A stretch of DNA of 60,477 nt from a virus (taxonomy: Duplodnaviria; Caudoviricetes): positions 1 to 60,477 of IMG/VR virus record IMGVR_UViG_3300043407_000092; one strand, given 5' to 3'. Made by a program: the position numbers and the translations under genes. Below are positions 8,107-18,300 of the stretch, one piece after another (position 1 is the stretch's first letter; the number at the start of each line of letters is the position of its first letter). The notes under the pieces are model-generated. The model was given only the letters and a program-made list of their open reading frames with translations, was not told the DNA's origin and ran no database searches.

Positions 8107-10024
8107 CAGCTAACTCCTGCATAGACTGGGCAACGGAAAGTGAAAAAACTTCTGAAGCGCCTTCAAGTTGAATTTCCCAATCGCGACCCGGAAGTGAGGG
8201 CAAGCGAAATGGTAATCGGCTAGTAACAGTTTGTGTATGTACAAGTACGTTATCTGCGTAGAATTTAGCTGTCATTGGATAAGCCTCTGCTTGCAACTGA
8301 GCGCACGAAAATCCCAATACTTGCGGTAGCGTAAATTTCTTCGACTTCCAAACGTAACTTAAATTACCGCCTGCAAGCCATGGCTTGACTGTACGATCTG
8401 AAAACGCAAGAAACAACTTGTCTCGTTGGAGATCAGAGTAGCCTGCGGTAGCGTAGATGTTATGCAAAATAAACTGGCCGGAAGTCGGATCATAAATAAA
8501 GCCGCCAGTGGTAGTTCCATTGTCGTAAAAGCCAATGTACTTTAGGTCGTGGGAGTACCCATAAATAGAATCAGGCTTAAAGTAAGACTGCCACTGGGCG
8601 CGAGTAAAGTATTGCTCCGTCACGAGTTTAGAGCCGCTTGGAGAGAGCGTAACAAGCCCATCAGGGCTGGCGTAAATTACCGCGCCGTTGGTACTGACAA
8701 TACTACGTTTTGAAGCACAAGATTGTTCGAGGTCAGACTTAACTGACACCATAGAATCGGGGTGACTGCCCTGCATAAAGTATGGCGTGCCAGTCGTTAA
8801 AACAGCTAGCGTTGTGTCCATGCGGCCAAGGCCAACTATAGGAAAGTCAAGTGACTGGACATAGTTTTCAGGCCACGCATGGGGATGATAAGGATCACAG
8901 AAATACACGTCGCGACCAACAAAGCCCGCCATTCCGCCATTGGGTAAATTAGTCAAGCCTTGCAGGGTTGCGGGAGGAGGAGCCCACGTCAGCGACGGTA
9001 ATTCTTCGCTGAGGCTTTCTGCAAGGACGTCGTCCGTGTAAGTTGTCTGCGATACGGGCAGTTCATTTACAAACAAGTAAGTTCCAGATACCGAGCGGTA
9101 CAGCCGCCAGTGAGTAACTACATATCCCGATGGCACGGACGAACGGCCAGTAAGGGAAACTGTCTGGGAAGCATAAACTTCTAGTGGAGCAGAAGCGGGC
9201 GATGGGCCAGACTCAAACTCGTAACCAGATTCTTTGTTGACCCAAGTCCATGCGTAAACGCGTGTTTCAACAGATGACGGAGCTTCGGTGTATCCCTGAT
9301 TAAATAGCTCTGTGTACGTAGCATTTGTAGCGGTACGAAATCTTATGTAAAGTTTGGCATCCTCGCCTTTAGCGTCTGAAGTAATTACTACTGCACCAGA
9401 AGAGGCTACAGCACTCACATTAGGCAAAGCGTCAACTGCCGCCGCAACGGACGCTGCTGTAATAGGACTGGTTAAAGATACAGTAACGTAGTTCGCATCT
9501 ACCCCACCAACAATACTACCTTGAAGGCCATAGGTTGTAGTAAGCAATGCAATGTTAGCGGCGCTCAGCGTAACGACTGCGGCTCGGGTTGTCCCAGTAA
9601 CTACGTTAGCGGCCACAGTTAACGCCAGATCGGGGTTAGGTAAACCCAAAGGGCGAGATACGGCAGGGTAGTTTGTACCAGACAAAGCAAGTGCCGAGTA
9701 GGTGGCTTTTGGAGCACCGTCACCGGTAAAGAACGTCCACTCAGATGTGTCACCAGAAATCTGCCCACGGCAGACATTAACGTCGGTTGTCCAGTGAAAC
9801 CAGTATTGAGAGTCAGAAACAATATCCTGACCAAAACGATAGATAGTTTTAGGCGTACCAGACTTTGTTAACGTGGTAACAGTAGCGCCAACGTCCTGTA
9901 AAGGTGTCAACGCGCCGCTAAACACAACAGTATTAGTTGCTACTTGGGCTTGGTTATCTTGTAAGTAACGTGGGGGAACCTTGGGTGAAATCCCACCGAA
10001 TGATTTTATTTGGAGTACAGCCAT
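8099..10024 (-). CDS. Tail nozzle / tail tubular B-like stabilization protein
   Basis: FGGISPKVPPRYL N-terminus, beta-propeller-like FCDPYHPHAWP and CASKRSIV...YASPDGLV, C-terminal WKSKKF...FRLP. Confidence 0.7.
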   Translation of the reverse strand: MAVLQIKSFGGISPKVPPRYLQDNQAQVATNTVVFSGALTPLQDVGATVTTLTKSGTPKTIYRFGQDIVSDSQYWFHWTTDVNVCRGQISGDTSEWTFFTGDGAPKATYSALALSGTNYPAVSRPLGLPNPDLALTVAANVVTGTTRAAVVTLSAANIALLTTTYGLQGSIVGGVDANYVTVSLTSPITAASVAAAVDALPNVSAVASSGAVVITSDAKGEDAKLYIRFRTATNATYTELFNQGYTEAPSSVETRVYAWTWVNKESGYEFESGPSPASAPLEVYASQTVSLTGRSSVPSGYVVTHWRLYRSVSGTYLFVNELPVSQTTYTDDVLAESLSEELPSLTWAPPPATLQGLTNLPNGGMAGFVGRDVYFCDPYHPHAWPENYVQSLDFPIVGLGRMDTTLAVLTTGTPYFMQGSHPDSMVSVKSDLEQSCASKRSIVSTNGAVIYASPDGLVTLSPSGSKLVTEQYFTRAQWQSYFKPDSIYGYSHDLKYIGFYDNGTTTGGFIYDPTSGQFILHNIYATAGYSDLQRDKLFLAFSDRTVKPWLAGGNLSYVWKSKKFTLPQVLGFSCAQLQAEAYPMTAKFYADNVLVHTQTVTSRLPFRLPSLPGRDWEIQLEGASEVFSLSVAQSMQELAGV

Positions 10025-10058
10025 GTCGGGTTTCCTTACGTCTAGGCGTATTGTAGTG

Positions 10059-10673
10059 TTAACCGCCTAGCACAGCTAGAGCCTGATTGATATGTTTAAT
10101 ACGGTCATCAAGGCCAATAGTACCGCCATTGATTTTCTTTGTCATTGCCACAAAGTCGCGGCCATCCGCTGTTTGGTTGAGCTTGTGGGTCTGCCAAAAC
10201 CAGCCCGCCGTTTGAGCAGCGTATCTAGGCGTGCGAACCAGTTCAGGCTCCATCACAAAGTCAGCACCTAGCGCTTTACCGGCGTGGAAGAAGTTGCTAT
10301 GGCCAGTTAGCTGGAGGAAACCCGATCCGCGGAAACGCCAGCCATCCCCCGAAGCTTCATCTCGGTTTCCCATGCGGTTTGAGTAAATCCTATTGGCAAT
10401 CTTACGTGGCTGCTTTTCGTATTCCGCAGCAGACTCAGGTGTAAAACCCCACTGGCGTTTAGGCGTCTGGGGAAACAACTTAAGAAGCGTAGCCGCTCTA
10501 TAGTTCAAATTTTCTTCCATGATCTTAAAGTTGCCGCACTCGTGGCCGCACTGTCCAATCCAGCTTGCTTGCTGCAAAGGCGTCATGATCCCAAACCGCT
10601 CAAAGGTTTCGTTAAATGCATCCGCTAACGAGGGGTCGATATGCATTTGCTGAAGTTGTTGGCTATTGACCAT
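10059..10673 (-). CDS. Endolysin, glycoside hydrolase family 19
   Basis: QCGHECGNF, EENLNY, DGWRFRGSGFLQLTG, AGWFW and TKKINGGTIGLDDR are GH19 lysin motifs. Confidence 0.92.
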   Translation of the reverse strand: MVNSQQLQQMHIDPSLADAFNETFERFGIMTPLQQASWIGQCGHECGNFKIMEENLNYRAATLLKLFPQTPKRQWGFTPESAAEYEKQPRKIANRIYSNRMGNRDEASGDGWRFRGSGFLQLTGHSNFFHAGKALGADFVMEPELVRTPRYAAQTAGWFWQTHKLNQTADGRDFVAMTKKINGGTIGLDDRIKHINQALAVLGG

Positions 10674-11139
10674 TTATCAAATTCCTTACTTCGTTGTAAG
10701 CCCCGACGCAGGCGTTGAGTTGGGTGATAGCTTTATCCCCGTCGGCTGCGATGTCGATAAGAGCTCGTATAAGCGATTGCTCAGATTCGGTTGGAGAGGT
10801 ATCGACGGGTTGTATATCTGCAACGGCAACGGGGGCACTTGGGCTGGCTTGTGGACAACTGCGGGTGGGGAGGCGCAACCGACCAGTGCGAGCAAGCTCG
10901 TGCATAGCAGACTGCTTTTTAGTAATTTCATCCTGTGCCTTTCTGAGTTGAGTTTCGTTATCAGCCAATTTAGAAGCCATGGTTTTTTCTATTGCTCTAG
11001 CTTCTTCGTTTTTCTTTGCAATGGCAATCTTCATATCACCATCCCGCTCCAACCACCCATAGTGATGGCCAACACGGTAAGTACCAAACAAAGATACAAG
11101 AACACCAACAATTAACCAAGGGAGTGGGAGAGGTAACAT
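10663..11139 (-). CDS. Rz-like i-spanin
   Basis: N-terminal TM segment, coiled coil, GRLRL, C-terminal ADGDKAITQLNAC; contains an embedded lipoprotein gene. Confidence 0.85.
   Translation of the reverse strand: MLPLPLPWLIVGVLVSLFGTYRVGHHYGWLERDGDMKIAIAKKNEEARAIEKTMASKLADNETQLRKAQDEITKKQSAMHELARTGRLRLPTRSCPQASPSAPVAVADIQPVDTSPTESEQSLIRALIDIAADGDKAITQLNACVGAYNEVRNLINGQ
10686..10931 (-). CDS. Rz1-like o-spanin lipoprotein (embedded in Rz)
   Basis: Signal peptide with lipobox LVGC, Pro-rich mature part, fully nested in Rz in another frame. Confidence 0.85.
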   Translation of the reverse strand: MKLLKSSLLCTSLLALVGCASPPAVVHKPAQVPPLPLQIYNPSIPLQPNLSNRLYELLSTSQPTGIKLSPNSTPASGLTTK

Positions 11140-11657
11140 TATTCAGATTCCTTACGGGCTGCTGCGATTTCTTCGCGTTCGTCGTCGGGCTCCATGTGCT
11201 CAGGAGGTGTAGTTGGCGGAGGGCCGGGAGTCCATGACTCATCTAACTCAGGATTCTTCCAAACTGGCATAGCACCAAACGGTTGTGAGGGTAAGCCATA
11301 CGCAGATTGCGGAGACGCGTAGCTACTGTTAGCCATGCCGTACCCGCCCATCATAGGCTGACACATTGGTTGCATTGGAGGCTGCGGATTAAACATCTTA
11401 GAAGCCGCACCTGCCGCCCGTTTAGTCATTACACCGCCAATACCGCCAACAATCAAGAGAACAATGTCGTTCAGCATCTTGGTGTAGGCTTGGTCAATCG
11501 GAGCCATACTTTTGATTGGTTGTGTGACGAACGTCACAGAGTAGAGCAACGCAATAACAATAAAGCACAAAATGCATGTGACAACTATCACCACAAAGCC
11601 CCAAACTCGGACTTCAAACTCTTCAGTTGTTAGGTTTGGTTTCTGGTTGGATGTCAT
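11139..11657 (-). CDS. Two-TM membrane protein with Pro-rich acidic tail (holin/antiholin-like)
   Basis: Two hydrophobic helices (VWGFVVIVVTCILCFIVIALLY; IVLLIVGGIGGVM); lies in the lysis cassette. Confidence 0.6.
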   Translation of the reverse strand: MTSNQKPNLTTEEFEVRVWGFVVIVVTCILCFIVIALLYSVTFVTQPIKSMAPIDQAYTKMLNDIVLLIVGGIGGVMTKRAAGAASKMFNPQPPMQPMCQPMMGGYGMANSSYASPQSAYGLPSQPFGAMPVWKNPELDESWTPGPPPTTPPEHMEPDDEREEIAAARKESE

Positions 11658-11826
11658 TGATTTTCTTCTCCAAGATAGGGGCTACCAAGTATTCAGGGCA
11701 TTGTTGAGTAAATAAACACTTCGGTTTCTGGCACTGTTCCGCGTGAAAGTTATCAGGGTTCTGGCAAAAATACCTGTACCTGTCTTCACATCCTGTTAAC
11801 AGTAAAAGCAGTAATAGGTATCTCAT
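11623..11826 (-). CDS. Small Cys-rich lipoprotein
   Basis: MRYLLLLLLLTGC lipobox followed by four further Cys. Confidence 0.75.
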   Translation of the reverse strand: MRYLLLLLLLTGCEDRYRYFCQNPDNFHAEQCQKPKCLFTQQCPEYLVAPILEKKINDIQPETKPNN

Positions 11827-11993
11827 ACCCTGACGTCCACTGCTTTAGCCCACTGAGTCTTAATCTCTTGAGCTTTTTGTTGTTGGTCAGCCTGCCGACT
11901 TAGTTCAGCCAAGCGCTTCATATTCTGTTGATGGATCACTCGGTGAGCCTCTGACAACATTTTTGCGTTCTGTTGGTAAGTGGTAATTCTCAT
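11823..11993 (-). CDS. Hypothetical protein (56 aa, MRITTYQQNAKMLSEAHRVIHQQ...)
   Basis: Manually read ORF with ATGA overlaps to both neighbours. Confidence 0.7.
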   Translation of the reverse strand: MRITTYQQNAKMLSEAHRVIHQQNMKRLAELSRQADQQQKAQEIKTQWAKAVDVRV

Positions 11994-12145
11994 TTGCCCA
12001 AGCCAACCTTTCCAAGTAGGAGATTAACAATTCTGTCTGACAGATCATCAGGCAAGAACTTTAGAAAACCTAAGAAATACAAAGCCACGCACCCATACAC
12101 AAATATCTTGAGGCACATGTCAAAAGTCTTTTGGTACTCATTCAC
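11990..12145 (-). CDS. Small membrane protein (51 aa, MNEYQKTFDMCLKIFVYGCVALYFLGFL...)
   Basis: GTG start overlapping the upstream stop; one TM helix; its stop overlaps the next ATG. Confidence 0.7.
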   Translation of the reverse strand: MNEYQKTFDMCLKIFVYGCVALYFLGFLKFLPDDLSDRIVNLLLGKVGLGK

Positions 12146-12636
12146 CGACCACACCTTCTAGTAGTGTTGCAGAACTCCATTAACTCATAGATACCAATTG
12201 CCACCAAAAACAGAACAAACGCACAACCGCCGAGAATCACGGCCAACTCGTTTAACTCTGCTTCTTTTTCTTTGGCTTTCTTCTCTGCTCGTTCTAGGGC
12301 ACGAAGTTCTCTTGCGTCATCAATGTCCATCTGGTCTTGACGGGCTTTGATCTTGTTCCACACGTCAATCTTGCCTGTGGTCATAAAGAGCATTTTGAGC
12401 TCCTCTTCAAACGCACGGGCCTGCTCAAGCGCCATCTCTATCTGTAGCGCGGTTCCCATGTTGGAACCTTTATTCTTCTTTGTTTCAATCAGTGCTTTGG
12501 TAGCTGTGCTTTTTGCGTCAAATAACTTCCCAATCATTGGAGCAAGCGACCCAAGATCGTTGGCCACCGCACTGGCCTTTTTGACCATGCTAATAGCGGT
12601 TTGTATTCCCGCTAGGGCTGTCATCGGATCAATCAT
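12142..12636 (-). CDS. Coiled-coil protein with C-terminal TM helix (MIDPMTALAG...)
   Basis: ATG 12636 overlaps the upstream stop; C-terminal LAVILGGCAFVLFLVAIGIY. Confidence 0.75.
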   Translation of the reverse strand: MIDPMTALAGIQTAISMVKKASAVANDLGSLAPMIGKLFDAKSTATKALIETKKNKGSNMGTALQIEMALEQARAFEEELKMLFMTTGKIDVWNKIKARQDQMDIDDARELRALERAEKKAKEKEAELNELAVILGGCAFVLFLVAIGIYELMEFCNTTRRCGR

Positions 12637-12767
12637 TTCCGTTCTACCTTCTTCCATTCAAGGCAAACTACCTTGCGGTTGTACACATCTCCAGACCAAG
12701 CCCACCGAACACACCTGTACTCAGCAGTAGCGCTAAAAACTAAAAGCAGAGCCGCGACCCATTTCAT
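12633..12767 (-). CDS. Small secreted peptide (44 aa, MKWVAALLLVFSATA-EYRCVRWAWSGDVYNRKVVCLEWKK...)
   Basis: Signal-peptide-like N-terminus ending in ATA, a Cys pair, and a stop overlapping the next ATG. Confidence 0.65.
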   Translation of the reverse strand: MKWVAALLLVFSATAEYRCVRWAWSGDVYNRKVVCLEWKKVERK

Positions 12768-12781
12768 GGTCGGCTCTTAGA

Positions 12782-13021
12782 TTACGCAGAGTCTGCGTCA
12801 GAAGTTGTTGAAACTCGATCTCGCGCAAGCGCGAGGTGCTGATACTTAAACCAGATGTTGGCAATTAGGCCAACAAAAGCTATTACCACACCGGCAATTG
12901 CGGCAAATTCTGCCGCATTAAACCCAAAGAAAACTGCGCTGGCTGAGCCACCATAAGTAGCAGTTGTTGCAAGTTTTTCAGCAACTGTCGAAGCAACCGA
13001 CGTGGGATGGGAATCAGACAT
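12782..13021 (-). CDS. Holin (small, phage 21 S/HP1-like)
   Basis: 79 aa; TATYGGSASAVFFG...AAIAGVVIAFVGLIANIWFK pattern; first gene of the lysis cassette. Confidence 0.75.
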   Translation of the reverse strand: MSDSHPTSVASTVAEKLATTATYGGSASAVFFGFNAAEFAAIAGVVIAFVGLIANIWFKYQHLALARDRVSTTSDADSA

Positions 13022-13096
13022 ATTTGTACTACATGTTGGGATTAATACACTTCGGCCATTGCAGCCAGAATTTCTTGGTAGCAATCGAGCCACTCT

Positions 13097-13759
13097 TCAA
13101 ACATCTGGAAACAAGCATTTCTGAATGAAGTCATGCACTACCTCCGGTTCGAACCCTAAAGACGACATGACTCTAGGCGTGTGGGGATTCTGTTTTTGAT
13201 TGTAGCAATACTTGTTTTGTTTTGGGGAAAAATCTTCTACACCGCGTGTGCCTATGCAACGTAAATAATGCAAAAGATTTGCTTTTGCTGTATCAATTAG
13301 GATACTCAGTTCTTCTGGGTCTTGGATATTTCCGGCGGCAATCATGCTAGGACTAAAAATCTCTTTAGCCCACGGCGGCAGCGTTCGTTCTTTAGACCAT
13401 TCGAGTGGGGCTGTTTGTTCAGCAAACCACACATCTAGCGGGGTTCCGCCTTGTATTGGACTAAAGTCGTGAAACGCGCCCGTAACCTTGTTAGGCCCTG
13501 CTATAAGGTCAAACCCGAATACAGGAGAAGGATCGTTGGTATGTGGGAAGATGCACAAGTGCATCATGTACAGCTTGCTTGTAGCTCGTGCGTCGACTAT
13601 GTCAAGGTGCGCTCTACGAAATACGGGACTACGCCAAAGATGGTTTTCCCAAGGGAAGTTGTGTCCCTCGTCGTAGGCTTCGTACTTATTTAGGCGGCCA
13701 ATGATCCACGAAGAAAAATCTTCAAGCTGCGAAAGGATCGGGCTGGGCGACGAGTTCAT
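13097..13759 (-). CDS. pcyX: Ferredoxin-dependent bilin reductase, PcyX/PcyA family
   Basis: FRRAHLD, MMHLCIFP and FGFDLIAGPNKVTGAFHDFSP motifs. His and Asp lie 17 residues apart as for PcyA H88/D105, and Asp occupies the PcyA E76 position. YCYNQKQNPHTPRVM near the C-terminus. GGAG before ATG 13759. Confidence 0.88.
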   Translation of the reverse strand: MNSSPSPILSQLEDFSSWIIGRLNKYEAYDEGHNFPWENHLWRSPVFRRAHLDIVDARATSKLYMMHLCIFPHTNDPSPVFGFDLIAGPNKVTGAFHDFSPIQGGTPLDVWFAEQTAPLEWSKERTLPPWAKEIFSPSMIAAGNIQDPEELSILIDTAKANLLHYLRCIGTRGVEDFSPKQNKYCYNQKQNPHTPRVMSSLGFEPEVVHDFIQKCLFPDV

Positions 13760-14258
13760 CAAATAGCTCCAGCGTGTATCCAAACGCACGATTAGCCTCA
13801 TCAGCCAAGTCGTCTGTCAGGTGTTCTCGGATTTTGGCAATGAGGGCGGCGCGATTCTCGAAATCAAAACGCTTGCCGCTGCCGGGGATGTTCTTCTTAA
13901 TCATCTGACCGCCGTACATATCACCCATGTGATACAGGTAGCAGTACGCCATTAAGTCGTGGTCAGAGACTTCTTCGATACGGTCAAGACACTTCAAAGT
14001 TGACTGGTGAATCTTTACCACATCAAGATCAAGCTCTTCCAAGTCCTGCGCCATGATTTCAGCGCGGAACATCTCGGGAGTATCGTCAAACGTACCAAGC
14101 TGGCGCATCCGACTTTCCAATGCAGAGTAAGTCACTGTCATGTTATACAGAAACTCGCCGTACTTCTGAGCTGAGATGCCGCCAGATAGCAACAACGCCG
14201 TGAAGGGGTGAGCCTCCGCAGCGTCGTGTTTAGCCTTGATTGCTTCACGCAGCGACAT
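13722..14258 (-). CDS. hemO: Heme oxygenase (biliverdin-producing)
   Basis: LREAIKAKHDAAEAHPF (proximal His), YLYHMGDMYGGQMIKK (distal helix), EANRAF. Confidence 0.92.
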   Translation of the reverse strand: MSLREAIKAKHDAAEAHPFTALLLSGGISAQKYGEFLYNMTVTYSALESRMRQLGTFDDTPEMFRAEIMAQDLEELDLDVVKIHQSTLKCLDRIEEVSDHDLMAYCYLYHMGDMYGGQMIKKNIPGSGKRFDFENRAALIAKIREHLTDDLADEANRAFGYTLELFDELVAQPDPFAA

Positions 14259-14895
14259 CTGAAAACCCTATATTAAAGCTCACAATTACTCGATCTTCTG
14301 TTGAGTTATTTGGTAATGTTTTATGCGGCAGCCAAGAAGGAAACAAGATCATCAGGCCGTCCTCTGGCTTCTCGTTTTGTTTTGTCATAACTCCGGGAAA
14401 CACCGGCAGACTTTTGTGGAGGCACATGGTTTTTGCAATCCAAGCCGGGTCAGAGAAAACAATGTCCCCGCAGTTTTCTGGGGCCTTTGCATAAAACACA
14501 CCACTGAGCAAAGAGTTCGAGTGAGTGTGTTCCGGCACAAAGCAACCTGTTGGGTAGATGGTTGTCCACATATTGATGAGGTTGTGCTGAAGCGACCCAT
14601 CTGAAACACTGGCAATCATTGTCCCCGCAAACTCATGAATGAAACGAGTCACGTTATCCCACTCTGGCTTTTCTGTGAGGTCTTGCGTTGAGTTAAACGA
14701 AGTGACGCCGTGCTTTAGGTAGTCGGCCTTATCACTTGATTTAGTTCCACGATCCCATTCGCCAGAGACCAAGCTTCCGGTATCCAAACTTTCTCTTAAC
14801 CCATACGCCAAGCTTAGAACTTCATTGCAAATTTCTGAGCAGTCAGCCTTTCCGATTAAAAGCGGGACTTGGAATATGGGTTTTAGAAAATTCAT
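14245..14895 (-). CDS. 2OG-Fe(II) oxygenase (TIGR02466-like)
   Basis: HTHSNSLLSGVFY, LFPSWLPH and RVIVSFN motifs. Confidence 0.88.
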   Translation of the reverse strand: MNFLKPIFQVPLLIGKADCSEICNEVLSLAYGLRESLDTGSLVSGEWDRGTKSSDKADYLKHGVTSFNSTQDLTEKPEWDNVTRFIHEFAGTMIASVSDGSLQHNLINMWTTIYPTGCFVPEHTHSNSLLSGVFYAKAPENCGDIVFSDPAWIAKTMCLHKSLPVFPGVMTKQNEKPEDGLMILFPSWLPHKTLPNNSTEDRVIVSFNIGFSDVAA

Positions 14896-15362
14896 TTGGA
14901 TGGTTTGGTTGGCGGAACTACTTCGCCGGGGTCTTGGATGTTAGCGTAAAGAGTTGTCAAATCACGCAACTGCTGGCGATATGCCGCCCACTCTGCTTTT
15001 TTTTCTGCACTAAGCTGCGCGTCAGGCATTTGCGTCCAGTCGCTGGAAACCAAGTCAAAGTTTCTTGGAACTCGCACCCAGTTGTGAACCTTCTCTTCTT
15101 GCGTCATTTGCACAATTTGCAAAACGGGACGGGCCACCCCGTCAACTATCTCGATTTCAATATTGCTGCCGTCGATGACGTACTCACCTGTTTGAAGGGT
15201 GGGCTTTTCAAACTTGGCGTAGCCATGACTGAGGATGAACTCTTCAGTCACGCCCTCATAGTGAATTTCGTGATTGAGCATGCACTCTTGAATGACATTC
15301 TCATCCAGCATGGGGTAGCCAGAGACTTCACCATCGACCACTTTTACATAGAGCTTGTTCAT
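14892..15362 (-). CDS. Tail fibre assembly chaperone
   Basis: RN..LVSSDWTQMPDA...WAAYRQQLRDL...PPTKP signature. Confidence 0.85.
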   Translation of the reverse strand: MNKLYVKVVDGEVSGYPMLDENVIQECMLNHEIHYEGVTEEFILSHGYAKFEKPTLQTGEYVIDGSNIEIEIVDGVARPVLQIVQMTQEEKVHNWVRVPRNFDLVSSDWTQMPDAQLSAEKKAEWAAYRQQLRDLTTLYANIQDPGEVVPPTKPSK

Positions 15363-15371
15363 TTTTTTTCC

Positions 15372-18300
15372 TTAAGCGTCTGCTGCATTCATCGGGAAGG
15401 AGCGACCACCGCCCCATATGATTCGGACGCCGCCCTGACCACCTCGGCCACCAGGCCAACCGGATGAGCCGGGGCCACCACCGCCACCGCCGTAATTACC
15501 ACCGGGAGGGCCGTACTGACCGCTACTGCTAAATGGGTTTTCGCCGTAACCACCGTTCTCACCGCCAGAACCTCCAGCACCGCCGGAGCCGTAGCTGTAC
15601 GAATTGTTGTAGCCTTGGAACGGGTTGTACATGTAGTTGCCGCCAGAGCCTGTTCCGCCTCTGCCGTTCAAACCAACACCGCCGCCGCCACCAGAGCCAT
15701 AGGTGCTTGAGTAGTAACCGCCACCGCCACCAGCACCTGAATCAGTGGGATTTGGTTGATAGTCGCTGTATTGATTTCCGCCTCGACCTGTGTATCCACC
15801 AGCCCCGCCGCCACCCTGATAACTGCTGGCGTTACCGCCTTGACCTCCGCCTTCACCGACATAGCCGCCGCCATAACCATTTCGTGTGCCAATGGTTGCC
15901 TCGGAGGTTCCGAAACTAGCATGACTGCCCCCACCGCCAGCCACGGTATTAGTATCTATGAAGTATGAGTTACCACCATAGTTGTCGCCGTTGCTGTAAG
16001 CTGGCCCACGGCCCACACGCACCGTGTAAGACTGACCCGGAGTAACTGCAATGTTGTTTTTCCAACCCAGACCGCCGCCAGAACCGCCAGCGTAAGACCA
16101 AGAAGTTCCGCCGCTTGATCCGCCGCCGACTGCAACGACGCTTACCGAGGTCACGCCAGCAGGAGCAGTCCAGCTAAAGGTTCCTGTGCCAACGTTGGTG
16201 CCGAATAAGGCCTGACCCGGAGCCACAACAGACCAGTTCCAAGTAAATGCCTTGTCAATAGTGATGCTGTTTGAGACAGCCCGAATGGTGAAGGTCGCAG
16301 TACCAGAGCCACTCGATATGCTGCCTGTGATCAAACCTGAAGTTTGGAGAGAAAGGCCGGGTGGTAGGGTGCCACTTACGAATGTGTGCGTTACTGCACC
16401 ACCAGCATTGTTAACGGCTTGGAATGTGTTGATGCTTTGAGTGCCGCCATAGAAGCCGCTAGTCACAGTTGCTGCGGCGGAGAAGCTAGGAAAGTTGCGA
16501 GTGAAAATTGCATCAGCAGGGAACCAGCTTGTTGTACCAGCAGTGTCAACCAAGAAACCTTGACCTTCGCCTGCTGGATGGTTTGGCAACAACTGGATTG
16601 TTTGCCACGAAGCGGCTGTTCCGTTGGTTCCAAGATACTTACCAGAGTTGCCAGTTTGTGATGGAATAACTGCACCCGCTTTGCCATCGACATACGTTTT
16701 CACAGCGTACTCAGTGGGCACAGCCAAGTTGCTGTTGCCGCCCATGGTGCTGTCGCTGGAGAACTCGTTGATTTGCTCGCCGAGCTGAGCACCAATAGAG
16801 CCCAAACGCAGTGAGGACAGGCCAGACAAGTCAAACGCGGAAGCGTTCAGAGTAGCTTTACCTGTCGACTGGTCGATGCGGAAATACTCACCAACGCGGA
16901 AGTTACCGTCTTGGTCTGTAGACACGTAGAACACACGTCCGGGGAACTGCTCGTCAGTCTCGTTACCTTGGGCCGCAGGTTGCGTAGGTGTGCCGGGGTA
17001 GTTGGTAGTAGTAACACCGCCAGTGCCGATTGACAAGAAGTCGTGGCCAGTCAGACGAATCTGGGAGTACTTGTAGCGGATAGTGACCGCAGTTCCAGAA
17101 GCAGAGCCAGTAGGTTTCTCTTGGGCCAACAGCAAAACCATGTCGCTGCTGGAGTTCACCCAAGTGTTGGTTGTCGATTGGATAACGTATGCGTACGTAT
17201 CACCGGCCAGAGAAATACTGGCACCGGGCTTAGGCAACTGGCTGAAGCCGTTTGCCACGAGTACAAAACCACGTTGGTTTTCGGCGTTACCTAGCGCTGT
17301 GCCAATACCACCGCTGGTAAAGGTCAAGCTTTGTGTTGCGCCAAAGTTACCAGTGCGGTTTTTAATGTAGACCTTATCCGATGAGTATTGGACGTTTGTC
17401 ACAATAGCCGTAGCGCCTGCGCCGTTAGAGACAGTATCGCCGATGTTAATCAAGCCACCACCATACGTGAATGGAAGCTGCTCACCAACAATCGTACCGG
17501 TAAGAGCTGTCTCGGATGAGTCAAATCCGCGAGATGTTGCACCCCAAGTACCGTAGCTGTTATTACCGTTCAAAGCGCGGATAAAACCGCCGCCTGACGC
17601 TGTATAGCCGAAGTAAGTGTAGTAAGTAAAGCAAGAAACAATCTCAGATTTACCGCCATCTTTTACCCAGTAGCCAATACCGTTGTCGGAAATGACTGTG
17701 TAACCGTGGAAGATCATTGTCTTCGCGCCAGTTGTGTGGACTGAGCCATCAATCAAAGCGCCGATACCGCCCGTGCCAATGTACGAGCATTCGAGCACGT
17801 ATGGAGACTTGTGTGTAATAGGCGAGGCGGGGTTCAAGCGAACAACAACACCTTTGATGGTGGACGTCGTCACATCCGCTGGCGTTGTGCCGGGAACCCA
17901 TCCAGTCATTCCTCTGAACGTCATCTTGTTCAAGATAGAGGCATTGCTCATCAAGAACATAGAGGATTGTGCGTTAGGTGTTACGCCGTCATCGCTATTA
18001 CCGGTTTTAGGCTGAACAATAACAGTACGTTGATTATCGCCAACGATGGCTGTGTTGGCTGGGATGGTGATAGGCAGCTGCTCTTCGTACGTGCCAGTTT
18101 TTACAAAGATTGTCGCGCCTTCGCCACACACAGTAGTTGCATACTTAATCGAGGCAAACGGTGAAGATAGGTTCTTGCCTGATGTAGGGAGGTCCGAACC
18201 GTGCGGAGCAACGTAAAAAACTTTGTCTGACTGCGTCGCGCCAAGCCAGTCAAGGGCGGAGCCGTCAGATTTCACAGTCAGCGACTGACCAGCGTCAGAA

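Noticed and set aside
15372-16200. Diversity-generating retroelement target in the Gly-rich fibre tip
   Set aside because: No reverse transcriptase gene and no template/variable repeat pair were seen.
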